Positions 30,239 through 42,676 of a DNA stretch of 64,000 nt are shown one piece after another. This stretch comes from an uncultured delta proteobacterium (lineage in GTDB: Bacteria; Myxococcota; Myxococcia; Myxococcales; Anaeromyxobacteraceae). Location: positions 64,001-128,000 of the forward strand of contig CAWFDF010000012.1 in assembly GCA_963814585.1 (NCBI GenBank). The letters run 5' to 3'. The notes beneath the pieces were generated by a model, which saw only the letters and a program-made list of their open reading frames with translations, searched no databases and was not told the origin of the DNA. How positions within the stretch are numbered: position 1 is the stretch's first letter; each line of letters opens with the position of its first letter. The position numbers were made by a program, and so were the translations under genes.

Positions 30239-31123
30239 GTGGGGCAGCAGGTCATCAACGGGCTGTTCCTGGGGAGCATCTACGCCCTCTTCGCGCTCGG
30301 CTACACGCTCGTCTTCGGCGTCCTCGACATCCTCAACCTGGCCCACGCCGCGGTCTTCATGCTGGCCACCTTCGTGGCCGTGGCGCTGGTCGGGCACGGC
30401 CTCAGCATCCTCATGGCCTTGCCGCTGGCCGTCCTCTTCGCGGGGCTGGTGGGGCTGCTGCTGGAGCGGGTGGCCTTCCGGCCGCTGCGGGCCCGGACCG
30501 ACTCCAACATCTCCGGGCTGATCAGCTCCCTGGCGGCGGCCACCATCATCGAGGCGGTGGCGCTGGAGATCTGGGGGCCCAACATCACGCGCTTCCCGTT
30601 CGGGACCCTTCCGGACGGGCCGTCCAACCAGCTCCCGCTCTTCGGCGGGACGGTGTCGCGGCTCCAGCTCACCATCATCGCCGTGGCGGTGGTGCTCTTC
30701 CTCGTCCTCACCTGGCTGGTGAAGGGGACGCGGCTGGGCCGCGAGGTCAGGGCGGTGGCGGAGAGCCCACGAGCCGCGCGGGTGCTCGGCGTGAACGTCG
30801 ACCGGGCCATCGCCGCCGCCTTCTTCATCTCCTCGGCGCTGGGCGGCGCCGCCGGCGTGCTCTACGGACTGGCCTTCAACTCCATCTCACCGGACATGGG
30901 GCGCGGCGTGGAGCTGAAGGGGCTGGCGGTGATCATCCTCGGCGGCATGGGCTCGATGCCGGGCGCCGTGGTGGCCGGCTTTGCGCTCGGCCTCATCGAG
31001 GTCTTCGTGGTGGCCAACCTGGGCGGCTCCTGGAGGGATGCCATCTCCTTCGCCGGGCTCTTCCTCTTCCTGGTGCTTCGCCCGCGCGGCCTGATGGGCG
31101 GCGCCGTCACCAGGGAGGCCTGA
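30239..31123 (+). CDS. livH: HAAT ABC permease
   Basis: GSIYALFALGYTLVFG, NLAH, ILGGMGS. Confidence 0.9.
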   Translation: MGQQVINGLFLGSIYALFALGYTLVFGVLDILNLAHAAVFMLATFVAVALVGHGLSILMALPLAVLFAGLVGLLLERVAFRPLRARTDSNISGLISSLAAATIIEAVALEIWGPNITRFPFGTLPDGPSNQLPLFGGTVSRLQLTIIAVAVVLFLVLTWLVKGTRLGREVRAVAESPRAARVLGVNVDRAIAAAFFISSALGGAAGVLYGLAFNSISPDMGRGVELKGLAVIILGGMGSMPGAVVAGFALGLIEVFVVANLGGSWRDAISFAGLFLFLVLRPRGLMGGAVTREA

Positions 31124-31130
31124 GCGCGCC

Positions 31131-32051
31131 ATGGTGGAGCAGCTCTCCGACCTCTACCTGACCTACCAGTCGACGCTCGGCTACATCGGCATCAACGCGC
31201 TGCTGGCGCTCTCCATCTACGTCTCGCTCTCCTGCGGGCAGCTGGCGCTCGGCAGCGCCGGGTTCGCGGCCATCGGCGCCTACGCCGGCGCGCTCGTCAC
31301 CATGAAGGCCGACCTCCCCCTCCCGGTCTCGCTCCTGGTCTCGACGCTGCTCCCGGCGCTGGTGGCGGTGCCGCTCGGCCTTCCGGTGCTGCGGCTGAAG
31401 GGCGTCTTCCTCGCCATCGCCACCATCGGCTTCGGCGAGGTGGTCCGGCTCGGCCTCGTCAACTGGGACTACGTGAACGGGGCGCAGGGGATCGTGGCCA
31501 TCCCGCAGAAGGCCTCGATCTGGATGATCTACCTGGCGGTGGCGGCCACCCTCTTCGTGCTCTGGCGCGTGCGCGGATCGAAGTGGGGCTTCGCGCTGGA
31601 AGCCATCCGCGAGGACGAACCGGCGGCGCGGACCCTGGGGATCCCGACCACCGGGTACAAGCTGTCCATGCTGGTGTTCGGCGCCGCGCTGGCGGGCCTG
31701 GCCGGCGGGCTGGAGGCGCACTTCACCTTCATGGTGGCGCCGAACGGCTTCGGCTTCTCGCGCGTGGTCGACATGCTGGTCTTCGCGGTGGTCGGCGGCG
31801 CCCAGGTGGCCTGGGGCCCGGTGGCGGGAGCCGGGTTCCTCACCGTGCTGCCGGAGGTGCTGCGCGAGCTGGCGCCCCTGGTGGGCATCGAGCCGGGGCC
31901 GCTGCGGCTGCTGATCAACGGCATCGTGCTGCTGCTGGTCATCCTCTTCCTGCCCGCAGGGCTGGTGTCGCTGCCGCGGCAGCTCCGCCTTCGGCGCGCG
32001 GCGAAGCGCGCGGCCCGGGCCGCGGCCGGCGGGGCGGGGGCGGCGGCATGA
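31131..32051 (+). CDS. livM: HAAT ABC permease
   Basis: LRLKGVFLAIAT, AIREDE. Confidence 0.9.
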   Translation: MVEQLSDLYLTYQSTLGYIGINALLALSIYVSLSCGQLALGSAGFAAIGAYAGALVTMKADLPLPVSLLVSTLLPALVAVPLGLPVLRLKGVFLAIATIGFGEVVRLGLVNWDYVNGAQGIVAIPQKASIWMIYLAVAATLFVLWRVRGSKWGFALEAIREDEPAARTLGIPTTGYKLSMLVFGAALAGLAGGLEAHFTFMVAPNGFGFSRVVDMLVFAVVGGAQVAWGPVAGAGFLTVLPEVLRELAPLVGIEPGPLRLLINGIVLLLVILFLPAGLVSLPRQLRLRRAAKRAARAAAGGAGAAA

Positions 32052-32812
32052 GCGCGCTGCTCTCCCTGCGGGGCGTGGAGCGGAGCTTCGGCGGACTGCG
32101 CGCCGTGGATGGCGTCAGCTTCGAGGTGGAGCCCGGGAAGGTCCACGGCCTCATCGGCCCGAACGGCGCCGGCAAGACCACGCTCATCAACCTGGTCTCG
32201 GGGCTGCTCCCGCCCACCGGCGGCGCCATCGAGCTGGGGGGACGGCCCATCGGCGGGCTGGCGCCACACCGGATCGCCGGGATGGGCGTGGCGCGGACCT
32301 TCCAGAGCATCCGGCTCTTCCCCGAGCTGACGGCGCGGGACAACGTCCTGGTGGGCCAGCACCTGCGCCGCCACCCGTCGCTGCTGGCGAGGATCCTCCT
32401 GCTCCGGAGCGCGCGCGTCGAGGCGAGGTCGGCGCGCGAGCGGGCCTCGGCGCTGCTGGCCCGGGTCGGTCTGCCCGAGCGGGTGGACGAGGAGGCGCGC
32501 CACCTCTCCTACGGTGAGCAGCGGCGCGTGGAGATCGCGCGAGCGCTGGCCAGCGAGCCGCGCCTGCTGCTGCTCGATGAGCCCACCGCGGGGATGAACC
32601 CGGTCGAGGTGAAGGGCGTGGCCCAGCTGATCCGCCAGGTGGCGGCCGAGGGACACTCGGTGCTGCTGGTGGAGCACAACGTGCGGCTGGTCATGGACGT
32701 GTGCGATCGGATCACGGTGCTCAACTTCGGCAAGGTGATCGCCGACGGGGCGCCGGCCGCCGTGGCGGCGGACCCGGCGGTGATCACGGCGTACCTGGGG
32801 AGCGAGCGATGA
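32048..32812 (+). CDS. livG: HAAT ABC ATPase
   Basis: GPNGAGKT, RTFQ, LSYGEQRR, LLLDEP. Confidence 0.92.
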   Translation: MSALLSLRGVERSFGGLRAVDGVSFEVEPGKVHGLIGPNGAGKTTLINLVSGLLPPTGGAIELGGRPIGGLAPHRIAGMGVARTFQSIRLFPELTARDNVLVGQHLRRHPSLLARILLLRSARVEARSARERASALLARVGLPERVDEEARHLSYGEQRRVEIARALASEPRLLLLDEPTAGMNPVEVKGVAQLIRQVAAEGHSVLLVEHNVRLVMDVCDRITVLNFGKVIADGAPAAVAADPAVITAYLGSER

Positions 32813-33531
32813 GCGCCGATGCGCCGCTGCTCGAGGTCGAGGACCTTCACGTCGGCTACGGGCAGGTGGAGGCGGTTCGCGGCGTCTCGCTGAGCGTCGG
32901 CGAGGGGCAGATCGTCACCTTGATCGGGCCGAACGGCGCCGGGAAGACCTCGATCCTCTCGGCCCTCTCCGGGCTGGTGCGGCCGCGCGCCGGGCGGGTC
33001 CGGCTCGGTGGCCAGGACGTGACCGGCTTGCCGGCGCACGCCACGGTGGCCGCCGGGCTGACGCTGGTTCCGGAGGGACGCGCCATCCTCGGGCGAATGA
33101 CCATCGAGGAGAACCTGCGGCTGGCGGGGGAGCGGCGCCAGCCGGCGGGTGGCCTGGCGGCGGCGATCGAGGACCAGTACCGGCGCTTCCCCGTCCTGGG
33201 CGAGCGGCGGCGGCAGCTGGCCGGATCGCTGTCGGGAGGGCAGCAGCAGATGCTGGCGTTCGCCCGGGCCTTGCTGGCCAGGCCGCGCGTGCTGCTGCTC
33301 GACGAGCCGTCCATGGGGCTGTCGCCGATCCTGGTGCAGCAGATCTTCGAGACCATCCGTGAGATCCACCGGGAGGGGACCACCATCCTGCTGGTGGAGC
33401 AGAACGCCCGGCTGGCCCTGTCCGAGAGCAGTTACGCCTACGTCCTCGAGCATGGACGGCTGGCGCTGGAGGGGGCGGCAGGTGAGCTGGCGAAGGATCC
33501 GCGCGTCCAGGCCGCCTACCTGGGCGGCTGA
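32809..33531 (+). CDS. livF: HAAT ABC ATPase
   Basis: GPNGAGKT, VPEGR, LSGGQQQM, VEQN, AYLGG. Confidence 0.92.
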   Translation: MSADAPLLEVEDLHVGYGQVEAVRGVSLSVGEGQIVTLIGPNGAGKTSILSALSGLVRPRAGRVRLGGQDVTGLPAHATVAAGLTLVPEGRAILGRMTIEENLRLAGERRQPAGGLAAAIEDQYRRFPVLGERRRQLAGSLSGGQQQMLAFARALLARPRVLLLDEPSMGLSPILVQQIFETIREIHREGTTILLVEQNARLALSESSYAYVLEHGRLALEGAAGELAKDPRVQAAYLGG

Positions 33532-33816
33532 TCTCCGTCCGGTCCCAGGGTAGTTCGCATTCCCGTCCCGGAGGAGGTGGTCGCGGTTTCCCCTCTGGCC
33601 TGCCGATCGGCCCTCTGGCGAGTGCAGGTGACTCCGCTCCCATCCATTCCAGGTTGAATGAAGTCGCATCGCGTCGAGCTCGCCCAGCTGGAGCGCGACT
33701 GGAGCTCGCAGGCGGGGCGGGAGGCGTGGTCCGCCCAGCTACTCTGGGTCGGGGCGGGGAACGGGAATTCGACAAGCCCGGCTCGCCCGTGCTGTCATTC
33801 GCGGCTGGAGGACCAC

Positions 33817-34305
33817 GTGCGCGGATACCTGATGACCTGGCTGGCCAAGGCCTCACAGGGACAGACTCTCGACGCCTTCATCAAGGCCTGGCCCGAGGAC
33901 TGGCTGGTCTGGGAGGCGGGCCCCTGGCGTCCGACCTACCAGACCAAGGCCACGCTCCACCATGACGGCCTCGTCACCAGCGTGCCCCATGGCGCCGGCG
34001 AGTCGCTCGCCATCGCGCTCGAGCCGCCCAGGCAACGCCCCTATCTCGCGCTGGGCCGCGCCTCCGACAACGACATCGTGGTCGATGACGCCACGCTCTC
34101 TCGCGTCCACCTGCTGCTCCAGCCCGAGCCGCTCGGCTGGACCGTCCGCGACGCCGGCTCCACCAACGGCTCGAGCGTCGAGGGTGCGCCGCTCGGCCCC
34201 GACGCCGTGGCGCTCCAGAACGGCGTCCGGCTGCTGGCCGGCTCGGCGCGCTTCACCTACTACGACTCGGGCGGCCTCTACCTTCGGTTGCGCGGCAAGG
34301 GCTGA
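33817..34305 (+). CDS. FHA-domain protein
   Basis: GGAGG then GTG; LGR..SRVH..DAGSTNG FHA signature. Confidence 0.82.
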   Translation: MRGYLMTWLAKASQGQTLDAFIKAWPEDWLVWEAGPWRPTYQTKATLHHDGLVTSVPHGAGESLAIALEPPRQRPYLALGRASDNDIVVDDATLSRVHLLLQPEPLGWTVRDAGSTNGSSVEGAPLGPDAVALQNGVRLLAGSARFTYYDSGGLYLRLRGKG

Positions 34306-34334
34306 CGGCTTAGACCCACCGCGAGGAGGCTCCC

Positions 34335-34877
34335 GTGCTCAAGAAGGTCGTCCTCGCCCTCGCCATCCTGCTCGTTGGCGTCCCGCTCCTCGTCGCCGCC
34401 GTGGCGGCCACCCGCCCCACCACCTTCATGGTCCAGCGCTCCATCGAGATCCAGGCGCCACCCGAGCAGATCTACGCCGCGGTCGTCGACTTCAACCGCT
34501 GGGAGCGCTGGTCCCCCTGGGCCAAGCTCGATCCCAGGCAGAAGACCACCGTGTCCGGCGCTGGACTGGGCGCCGTCTACACCTGGAGCGGCGACGACAA
34601 GGTGGGCGAGGGCCGCATGACCATCGTCGAGACCGTCCCCGGCTCCAAGGTGGGCATCAAGCTCGAGTTCATCCGCCCGTGGGAGTCGACCAGCGAGACC
34701 TCCTTCCTCGTCGTCCCCACCGGCGCCGGCTCCCGCCTCAGCTGGCTCATGAAGGGGACCCACAACTTCGTCGGCCGGGCCATGTCGATCTTCGTGGACA
34801 TGGACAAGATGCTCGGCGGTGACTTCGAGCGGGGGCTGGCCACGCTCAAGGCCGACGTGGAGGGTGCCGGGCGGTAG
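34335..34877 (+). CDS. SRPBCC/polyketide cyclase family protein
   Basis: N-terminal TM, WERWSPW, VGEGRM, DFERGL. Confidence 0.88.
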   Translation: MLKKVVLALAILLVGVPLLVAAVAATRPTTFMVQRSIEIQAPPEQIYAAVVDFNRWERWSPWAKLDPRQKTTVSGAGLGAVYTWSGDDKVGEGRMTIVETVPGSKVGIKLEFIRPWESTSETSFLVVPTGAGSRLSWLMKGTHNFVGRAMSIFVDMDKMLGGDFERGLATLKADVEGAGR

Positions 34878-34893
34878 CGGCCTCCCTGGCCCG

Positions 34894-35373
34894 TCACCTC
34901 CCCTTCAGCGCCTCCCGAAGCTGGAGCCTGGCGCTCCGTCGGGCCGCGGCCTCGCGCTCCCGCCTCCTCTCCTCGTCGCTCTCCGCGAGCAGCGGCGACA
35001 CCGCCACCGGCCGACCGGCCGGCCCGAGGGCCACGAAGGTGAGGAAGGCCTCGCAGCACGGGTGCTGCTCGCCGGTGAGCGGCTCCTCGGTCAGCACCAC
35101 CACGCCGACCTCCAGCGAGGACTCGAACACCGCGTTCACCTGGGCCCGGATCAACGCGATCTGGCCGATGCGGACCGGGGAGCGGAAGGCCAGCTGGTCG
35201 ATCGACGCGGTCACCACCGGCAGGCGGGCGTGGCGCATGGCGGCCATGCCGGCGGCGAGGTCGATCCAGGCCATCACCGTCCCGCCGAAGGCCGTGCCGT
35301 GGTTGTTGGCGTGGATGGGCATCACCAGCTGCGTCATCTCCACGTGGGAGGCGGAGACCGGGACGGAAGTCAT
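34894..35373 (-). CDS. Hotdog-fold acyl-CoA thioesterase (YciA-like)
   Basis: NNHGTAFGG, WID, VVTASID, SLEVGV. Confidence 0.9.
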   Translation of the reverse strand: MTSVPVSASHVEMTQLVMPIHANNHGTAFGGTVMAWIDLAAGMAAMRHARLPVVTASIDQLAFRSPVRIGQIALIRAQVNAVFESSLEVGVVVLTEEPLTGEQHPCCEAFLTFVALGPAGRPVAVSPLLAESDEERRREREAAARRSARLQLREALKGR

Positions 35374-35414
35374 GGGGCCATGTAGTATCCTCCGCTCCCT
35401 TTCGAGGAAAGACC

Positions 35415-36230
35415 ATGCCGCTCGACGTCCGGCTCATCGACCACGCCCGCGATCCGCTCGCCAAGCTCTACGGAGCCTACCGCACCTGCTACACGCCCAA
35501 GACCCCGCGCGAGGTCTGGGACGAGATCGGCGACGGCCGCATCCCGCCCGAGACCATCCGCGAGTTCATCGGCGAGCGCCTCAAGACCGGCCACGCCTCG
35601 CCGCTCGAGCAGGTCGTCTTCTGGTTCGGCATCAGCGGCGTCTCGCGTGCCCTCTCCCACCAGTTCGTCCGCCACCGCATCGGCATCAGCTTCGAGCAGC
35701 AGTCGCAGCGCTACGTCCGCTACCGGGAGGAGCGGCTCGACTACGTCATGCCGAAGACCTGGGAGAAGAAGGGGCTCTCCGACCAGTACGACAGGCTGAT
35801 GAAGGAGATCACCCGCGTCTACGAGGAGGCGCTGGCCAAGGGGATCCCGGCCGAGGACGCGCGCTTCGTCCTCCCCAACGCCACGCCCACCAACTTCCAG
35901 GTGATGGTCAACTTCACCGAGCTGCTCCACATCGCCGACCTGCGCCTCTGCTGGCGGGCCCAGTGGGAGATCCGGCAGATGGTCGCGATGATGCGGCGGG
36001 AGGTGATGAAGGCGGTGCCGGAGATCGGCGGCTACCTCCAGCCCAAGTGTGGCGACAAGCGGATGGGCTACTGCGACGAGCCGGTCAAGGAGTGGGAGCT
36101 CTGCCCGCTCGGCAAGATCCGCCCGCACAAGGAGCAGCTGCTCGACGTCTTCAAGCAGTACCGCGCCGGGAACCTGGTCCCGCTCGACGAGACCCTCATC
36201 CGCTCGGTCGAGGACGCCGGCACCGACTAG
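35415..36230 (+). CDS. thyX: FAD-dependent thymidylate synthase
   Basis: GHASPLE, RHRx7SQRY, AEDARFVLP, AQWEIR. Confidence 0.93.
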   Translation: MPLDVRLIDHARDPLAKLYGAYRTCYTPKTPREVWDEIGDGRIPPETIREFIGERLKTGHASPLEQVVFWFGISGVSRALSHQFVRHRIGISFEQQSQRYVRYREERLDYVMPKTWEKKGLSDQYDRLMKEITRVYEEALAKGIPAEDARFVLPNATPTNFQVMVNFTELLHIADLRLCWRAQWEIRQMVAMMRREVMKAVPEIGGYLQPKCGDKRMGYCDEPVKEWELCPLGKIRPHKEQLLDVFKQYRAGNLVPLDETLIRSVEDAGTD

Positions 36231-36314
36231 TGCCGCGCCCCCCAACCCCAGAGCCCGGCCGCCGACGCCCCGTGCGGGCCGAATGCCCGGGCCGGCCCGC
36301 CCGTATGATGTGCC

Positions 36315-38825
36315 ATGCTCGACCGCCGACCGGCCCTCGCCCTTCTCCGTGCCGCCCTCGCCTCCGTCCTCGCCGTGTCCGCGCTGGCGGCCAGACCCGC
36401 GGCCGCCCAGGTCCAGAACATCGGCTCGCCGCTCCCGGTCGGCCTGCCGCTGCCGGTGCCCGGCGTGGCCGTGGCCGAGGAGGCGACCTCCACCTCCGTC
36501 AACCCGGCCGGCATCGGCTTCCTCCATGGCCCGGCCCTCGAGTACTTCCACATGGAGGGGGACGTCGCTGACGGCGACGGCCTCTACGCCGCCGGGCTGA
36601 TCGGCCCGTTCGGCCCGGCCCTCTCGGTCGAGTGGGTCCGGCCCGCCGCAGGTCCTCGCTACCGGCTCACCACGCTCGGGCTGGCGCTCTCCGACGGCCA
36701 CACCGCCTCGCTGGGCTTCGCCTGGCGCTGGTGGAGCTCACCGGACGCGGCCATCGATCCGATGCACGCCTGGGACGTCGGCCTGACCCTCCGGCCGTGG
36801 CGCCATCTCTCGATCGGCGCCTCGGCGCTCGGCATCGACTCCAGGTACCAGGGGCAGACGCTCCCCGTGCAGTACGACCTCGGCCTCGGCCTCCGCTTCC
36901 TCGACGACTCGGTCACCCTCTCCGGCGACGTGCTGGCCAACGACCGGGCCGGGCACGACTTCGACGTGACCGGCGGCGCGGTCGGCCTGGCCGTGGAGCT
37001 GAAGAGCGGGCTCGCCTTCTCCGCCCAGTACCGGTTCCCGGTCGGCAGCTCCGGCGCCCAGCCGGCGCAGCACGAGAGCGCCGGCATCGTCTCCGTCACC
37101 TGGAACGGCCACCACGCCGGGGCCACCGCCGGCGCCATGCAGGCCACCGACGACACCCGCTGGCTGGCCGGTGCCCGCGCCTCCTTCGAGCGGTATCCGG
37201 CCACGCCGCGGCCGGCCGAGGCCCCGCGCGTCGACCTGGCCGGCGAGCTCGCGCCGCACCGCCTCCTCTTCGTCGACCTCACCGGCAAGGACCCGTTCGA
37301 CGACCTGCTTCGGCGGCTCAGCGAGGCGGGCGACGACAGCGCGGTGGGCGCGGTGGTGCTGGAGATCGACGAGCTGCCTCTCGGCGGCGGCCGGACCGAG
37401 GAGCTGCGCGCGGCGACCGCTCGCCTGCGGGAGCGCAAGCCGGTGCTGGCCTACCTGACCGGCGGCGGCCCGAGGAGCTACTGGCTCGCCTCGGCCGCCA
37501 CCGCGGTGGCCATGCCCCCCTCCTCCACCCTGCTGGTGAACGGCCTGGCCGCCAGCCAGTACTACCTGAAGGACGGGCTGGCCCGCCTCGGCGTGGTGGT
37601 CGAGGTGGCCCGGGCCGGCGGCTACAAGACCGCGCCGGAGCCCTTCACCCGGACCGGGCCCTCGCCCGAGTCCACGGAGATGACCAGCGCCCTGCTCGAC
37701 GACGTCTTCGACCGCCTGGTGGCGGACGTGGCCGCCGCCCGCAAGCTCGAACCCGCTGCCGTCCGGGGACTCATCGACCGCGGCGTCTTCTCGGCCGCCG
37801 AGGCCAGGCACGAGGGACTGGTGGACGAGCTGCTCTGGCCCGACGAGCTGGAGGCCTGGACCCGCAAGGCCACCGGACGCTCGCTCGACGTCTCCGACGG
37901 CTACGATCCGGCGCCGCGCCGCCAGGCGCGGACCTGGGGGCGCAGCCCGGTCATCGCCGTCATCAAGCTGGAGGGGACCATCACCGGTGGCCGCAGCCGA
38001 CGCGAGCCGCTGGGGCTGGGCGGCCTGAGCGGCGCCGAGAGCGTGGTCCAGCAGCTCGAGGAGGCCGCCTCCTCCAGGCAGGTGAAGGCCATCGTGCTGC
38101 GCATCGACTCGCCCGGCGGCGATGCGGTGGCCTCCGAGCTCATCTGGCGCGCGGTCAGGAAGGCGCGGGAGAAGAAGCCGGTCATCGCCTCGATGGGCGA
38201 CCTGGCGGCCAGCGGCGGCTACCTGGTCGCGGTCGGCGCCGATCGGATCCTGGCCGAGCCCTCCACGCTGACCGGGTCGATCGGCGTGTTCGTGCTCAAG
38301 CCGGAGTTCTCCGGCCTGCTGGAGAAGGTCTCCGTCCACCGCGCCGTCCAGACCCGCGGCAAGAACGCCGACATCGCCTCGATGGCCCGCCCGTGGACCG
38401 CCGAGGAGCGCGCCCTGGTCGAGCGGCAGGTGGACGTCGTCTATGGCACCTTCCTCGACCGGGTGGTCGAGGGGCGCTCGCTGCCGCGCGCCGAGGTCGA
38501 GAAGGTGGCGGGCGGACGGGTCTGGACCGGCCAGCAGGCGCTGGCGCGCAAGCTGGTGGACCAGCTGGGCGGGCTCGACGACGCGGTGGCGGTGGCGCGG
38601 CAGCGGGCCGGCCTCTCCAGGGGCGCCGTCGTCGAGGTGCGCCGGATCGGCGGCGGCTGGCGGGACCTCCAGCTCTCGACGGTGCTGGCCTCCGTGACCG
38701 GTGACGAGCCGTTGCTGCATCGGGCCTCGTCGCTCCTCCCCGAGCTCCGCACCGCCGCCCTGCTCCTCGAGCTGGGCCCGGTGCTCATGCTGCCGGAGGA
38801 GTGGATCGCCCCGCCGGGCCGCTGA
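36315..38825 (+). CDS. sppA: Signal peptide peptidase (S49) with N-terminal putative beta-barrel domain
   Basis: GGYKTAPE, RIDSPGG, SMGDLAASGGY, TGSIGV, GRVWTG; ~290-aa beta-rich N-terminal extension. Confidence 0.88.
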   Translation: MLDRRPALALLRAALASVLAVSALAARPAAAQVQNIGSPLPVGLPLPVPGVAVAEEATSTSVNPAGIGFLHGPALEYFHMEGDVADGDGLYAAGLIGPFGPALSVEWVRPAAGPRYRLTTLGLALSDGHTASLGFAWRWWSSPDAAIDPMHAWDVGLTLRPWRHLSIGASALGIDSRYQGQTLPVQYDLGLGLRFLDDSVTLSGDVLANDRAGHDFDVTGGAVGLAVELKSGLAFSAQYRFPVGSSGAQPAQHESAGIVSVTWNGHHAGATAGAMQATDDTRWLAGARASFERYPATPRPAEAPRVDLAGELAPHRLLFVDLTGKDPFDDLLRRLSEAGDDSAVGAVVLEIDELPLGGGRTEELRAATARLRERKPVLAYLTGGGPRSYWLASAATAVAMPPSSTLLVNGLAASQYYLKDGLARLGVVVEVARAGGYKTAPEPFTRTGPSPESTEMTSALLDDVFDRLVADVAAARKLEPAAVRGLIDRGVFSAAEARHEGLVDELLWPDELEAWTRKATGRSLDVSDGYDPAPRRQARTWGRSPVIAVIKLEGTITGGRSRREPLGLGGLSGAESVVQQLEEAASSRQVKAIVLRIDSPGGDAVASELIWRAVRKAREKKPVIASMGDLAASGGYLVAVGADRILAEPSTLTGSIGVFVLKPEFSGLLEKVSVHRAVQTRGKNADIASMARPWTAEERALVERQVDVVYGTFLDRVVEGRSLPRAEVEKVAGGRVWTGQQALARKLVDQLGGLDDAVAVARQRAGLSRGAVVEVRRIGGGWRDLQLSTVLASVTGDEPLLHRASSLLPELRTAALLLELGPVLMLPEEWIAPPGR

Positions 38826-38898
38826 GCTTCCCGGCCTGGCCCACCCGATCCTGTTCACTTGGGCTTTGCCTGGGGATGCTTTTTTGCTATGGATCCTC

Positions 38899-39060
38899 CC
38901 GTCACTCCCTGCCAGCGACTTCGGGTTGAGGCGGAGGGGTGACGGCCCGGTCGGCTTGCAGCGAGCAGCGCACCACCGGACGCCGCCTCGCGCGGCGCGT
39001 CTCGAGCCGGCCGCCACTCCAGAAGGGTTGTAGGACGCGCCCCAGGCGACTCGCCGGGGG
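38899..39060 (+). other. Structured 5' leader of rho
   Basis: Hairpin 38899-38945 with cUUCGg loop; helix 38948-58 with 39003-13; hairpin 39040-39059; promoter-like TTGCCT...TGCTATGGA just upstream. Confidence 0.5.
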
Positions 39061-39078
39061 CCGCGCAGCAGACACCAC

Positions 39079-40493
39079 ATGAGCGAGAACCAAGAGAACG
39101 GCCCCCAGGGGCAGCCCGCCACCACTCCAGCCGCGCCCGCCGTGGGCGCCTCGCCCGGAGGTGGCGCCGAGGGCGCCTCCACCGAGGGAGGCGGCCAGCC
39201 TGGCCAGGGCGGCCAGCCGGGCCCGGGGCGTCGCCGCCGCCGGCGCCGCGGGCGCCGCGGCCGTGGAGGTCCGCCGGGCGCGCCCGGCGGCAACGGCCCG
39301 GGCGGCCAGCCCGGCGGTCCGCCGCCCCTGGGCGCGCCCCAAGGCGGCCCGTCGCAGGCCGGTCCCGGGCCGCAGGGCGGCCCGCCCAACGGCCAGCCCG
39401 AGGTGACCGAGGAGGTCGAGGGCGTCCTCGAGTTCGAGGGCAAGGGGAACGGCGCGCTTCGCGACCCGAAGCGGAGCTACAACCCCCAGCCATTCGACGT
39501 CGAGGTGCCCCGCTGGCTCATCGACCGCATGCACCTGCTTCCCGGCCTGCTGGTCAGGGGGCAGGCGGCCACCCGCAACATGAAGCGGGTGCTCACCAAG
39601 GTCGACACGCTCGAGGGCGCCGACCCCATGGCGGTGCTGCGCCGCACCCACTTCCCCAACCTGACCGCCACCGATCCCACCGAGAAGCTGGTGATGGAGA
39701 CGCGCGGCGACGAGCTGGTCGGGCGCGTCCTCGATCTCATCGCGCCCATCGGCCTCGGAGCCCGTGGCCTCATCACCTCGCCGCCCAAGGCCGGCAAGAC
39801 CATCATGCTGCAGCGGATCGCCCAGGCCATCACCGCCAACCGGCCCGACGTGCACCTGACGGTCCTGCTGGTCGACGAGCGGCCGGAGGAGCTGACCGAC
39901 ATGCGCCGCAACATCAAGGGCGAGGTGATCGGCTCCTCCAACGACCGGCCGGCCGAGGAGCACATCCACGCCGCCGAGATGGCGATGGAGCGCGCCCGTC
40001 GGCTCGTCGAGGGCGGCAAGGACGTGGTGATCCTGCTCGACTCGATCACCCGCCTGGCCCGAGCCTACAACAAGGAGGTCGAGTCCTCCGGTCGCACGCT
40101 CACCGGCGGCGTCGACTCCCGCGCCCTGGAGCGGCCCAAGCGGCTCTTCGGGGCCGCCCGCAAGGCCGAGGAAGGCGGCTCGCTCACCATCATCGCCACC
40201 GCCCTCATCGACACCGGATCGCGCATGGACGAGGTGATCTTCGAGGAGTTCAAGGGCACCGGCAACATGGAGGTGGTGCTCTCGCGGCAGCTCTCGGAGC
40301 GGCGCATCTTCCCGGCCATCGACATCGGCGCCTCCGGCACCCGGAAGGAGGAGAAGCTCTTCGCGGCCAAGGAGATCGAGAAGGTCCGGCGGCTGCGCGG
40401 CGCGCTGGCGTCGCTCAAACCGGTCGAGGCGATGGAGCGGCTCCTCAAGAAGCTCAACGAGTTCGAGACCAACGACGAGTTCCTCAGCAGCTT

Positions 40494-40497
<4 letters not shown>
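39079..40497 (+). CDS. rho: Transcription termination factor Rho (atypical N-terminus)
   Basis: PPKAGKT, DERPEE, DSITRLARAYN, FKGTGNME, SGTRKEE. Confidence 0.92.
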
Positions 40498-42572
<2,075 letters not shown>

Positions 42573-42676
42573 GAGCGCTCCCTCCAACCGTGCCCGCAGC
42601 CTACACCCGGCCAGGCGCCGCCGCACATGGGCGATTCCCTTGCGGGGAGGGCGTCCGCGTGTTCTGATCAATACTC

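Noticed and set aside
33532..33816. Possible c-di-GMP-I riboswitch on the minus strand (GGGGAAACC...GGGACG)
   Set aside because: Lacks the GNRA-capped P2 and the GCAAAGC/P3 pattern, and no minus-strand gene lies downstream; only Infernal could rescue it.
36228..36240. TAGTGCCGCG at the thyX stop resembling the MITE end
   Set aside because: Match is only ~7-9 nt, with no internal sequence or partner TIR.
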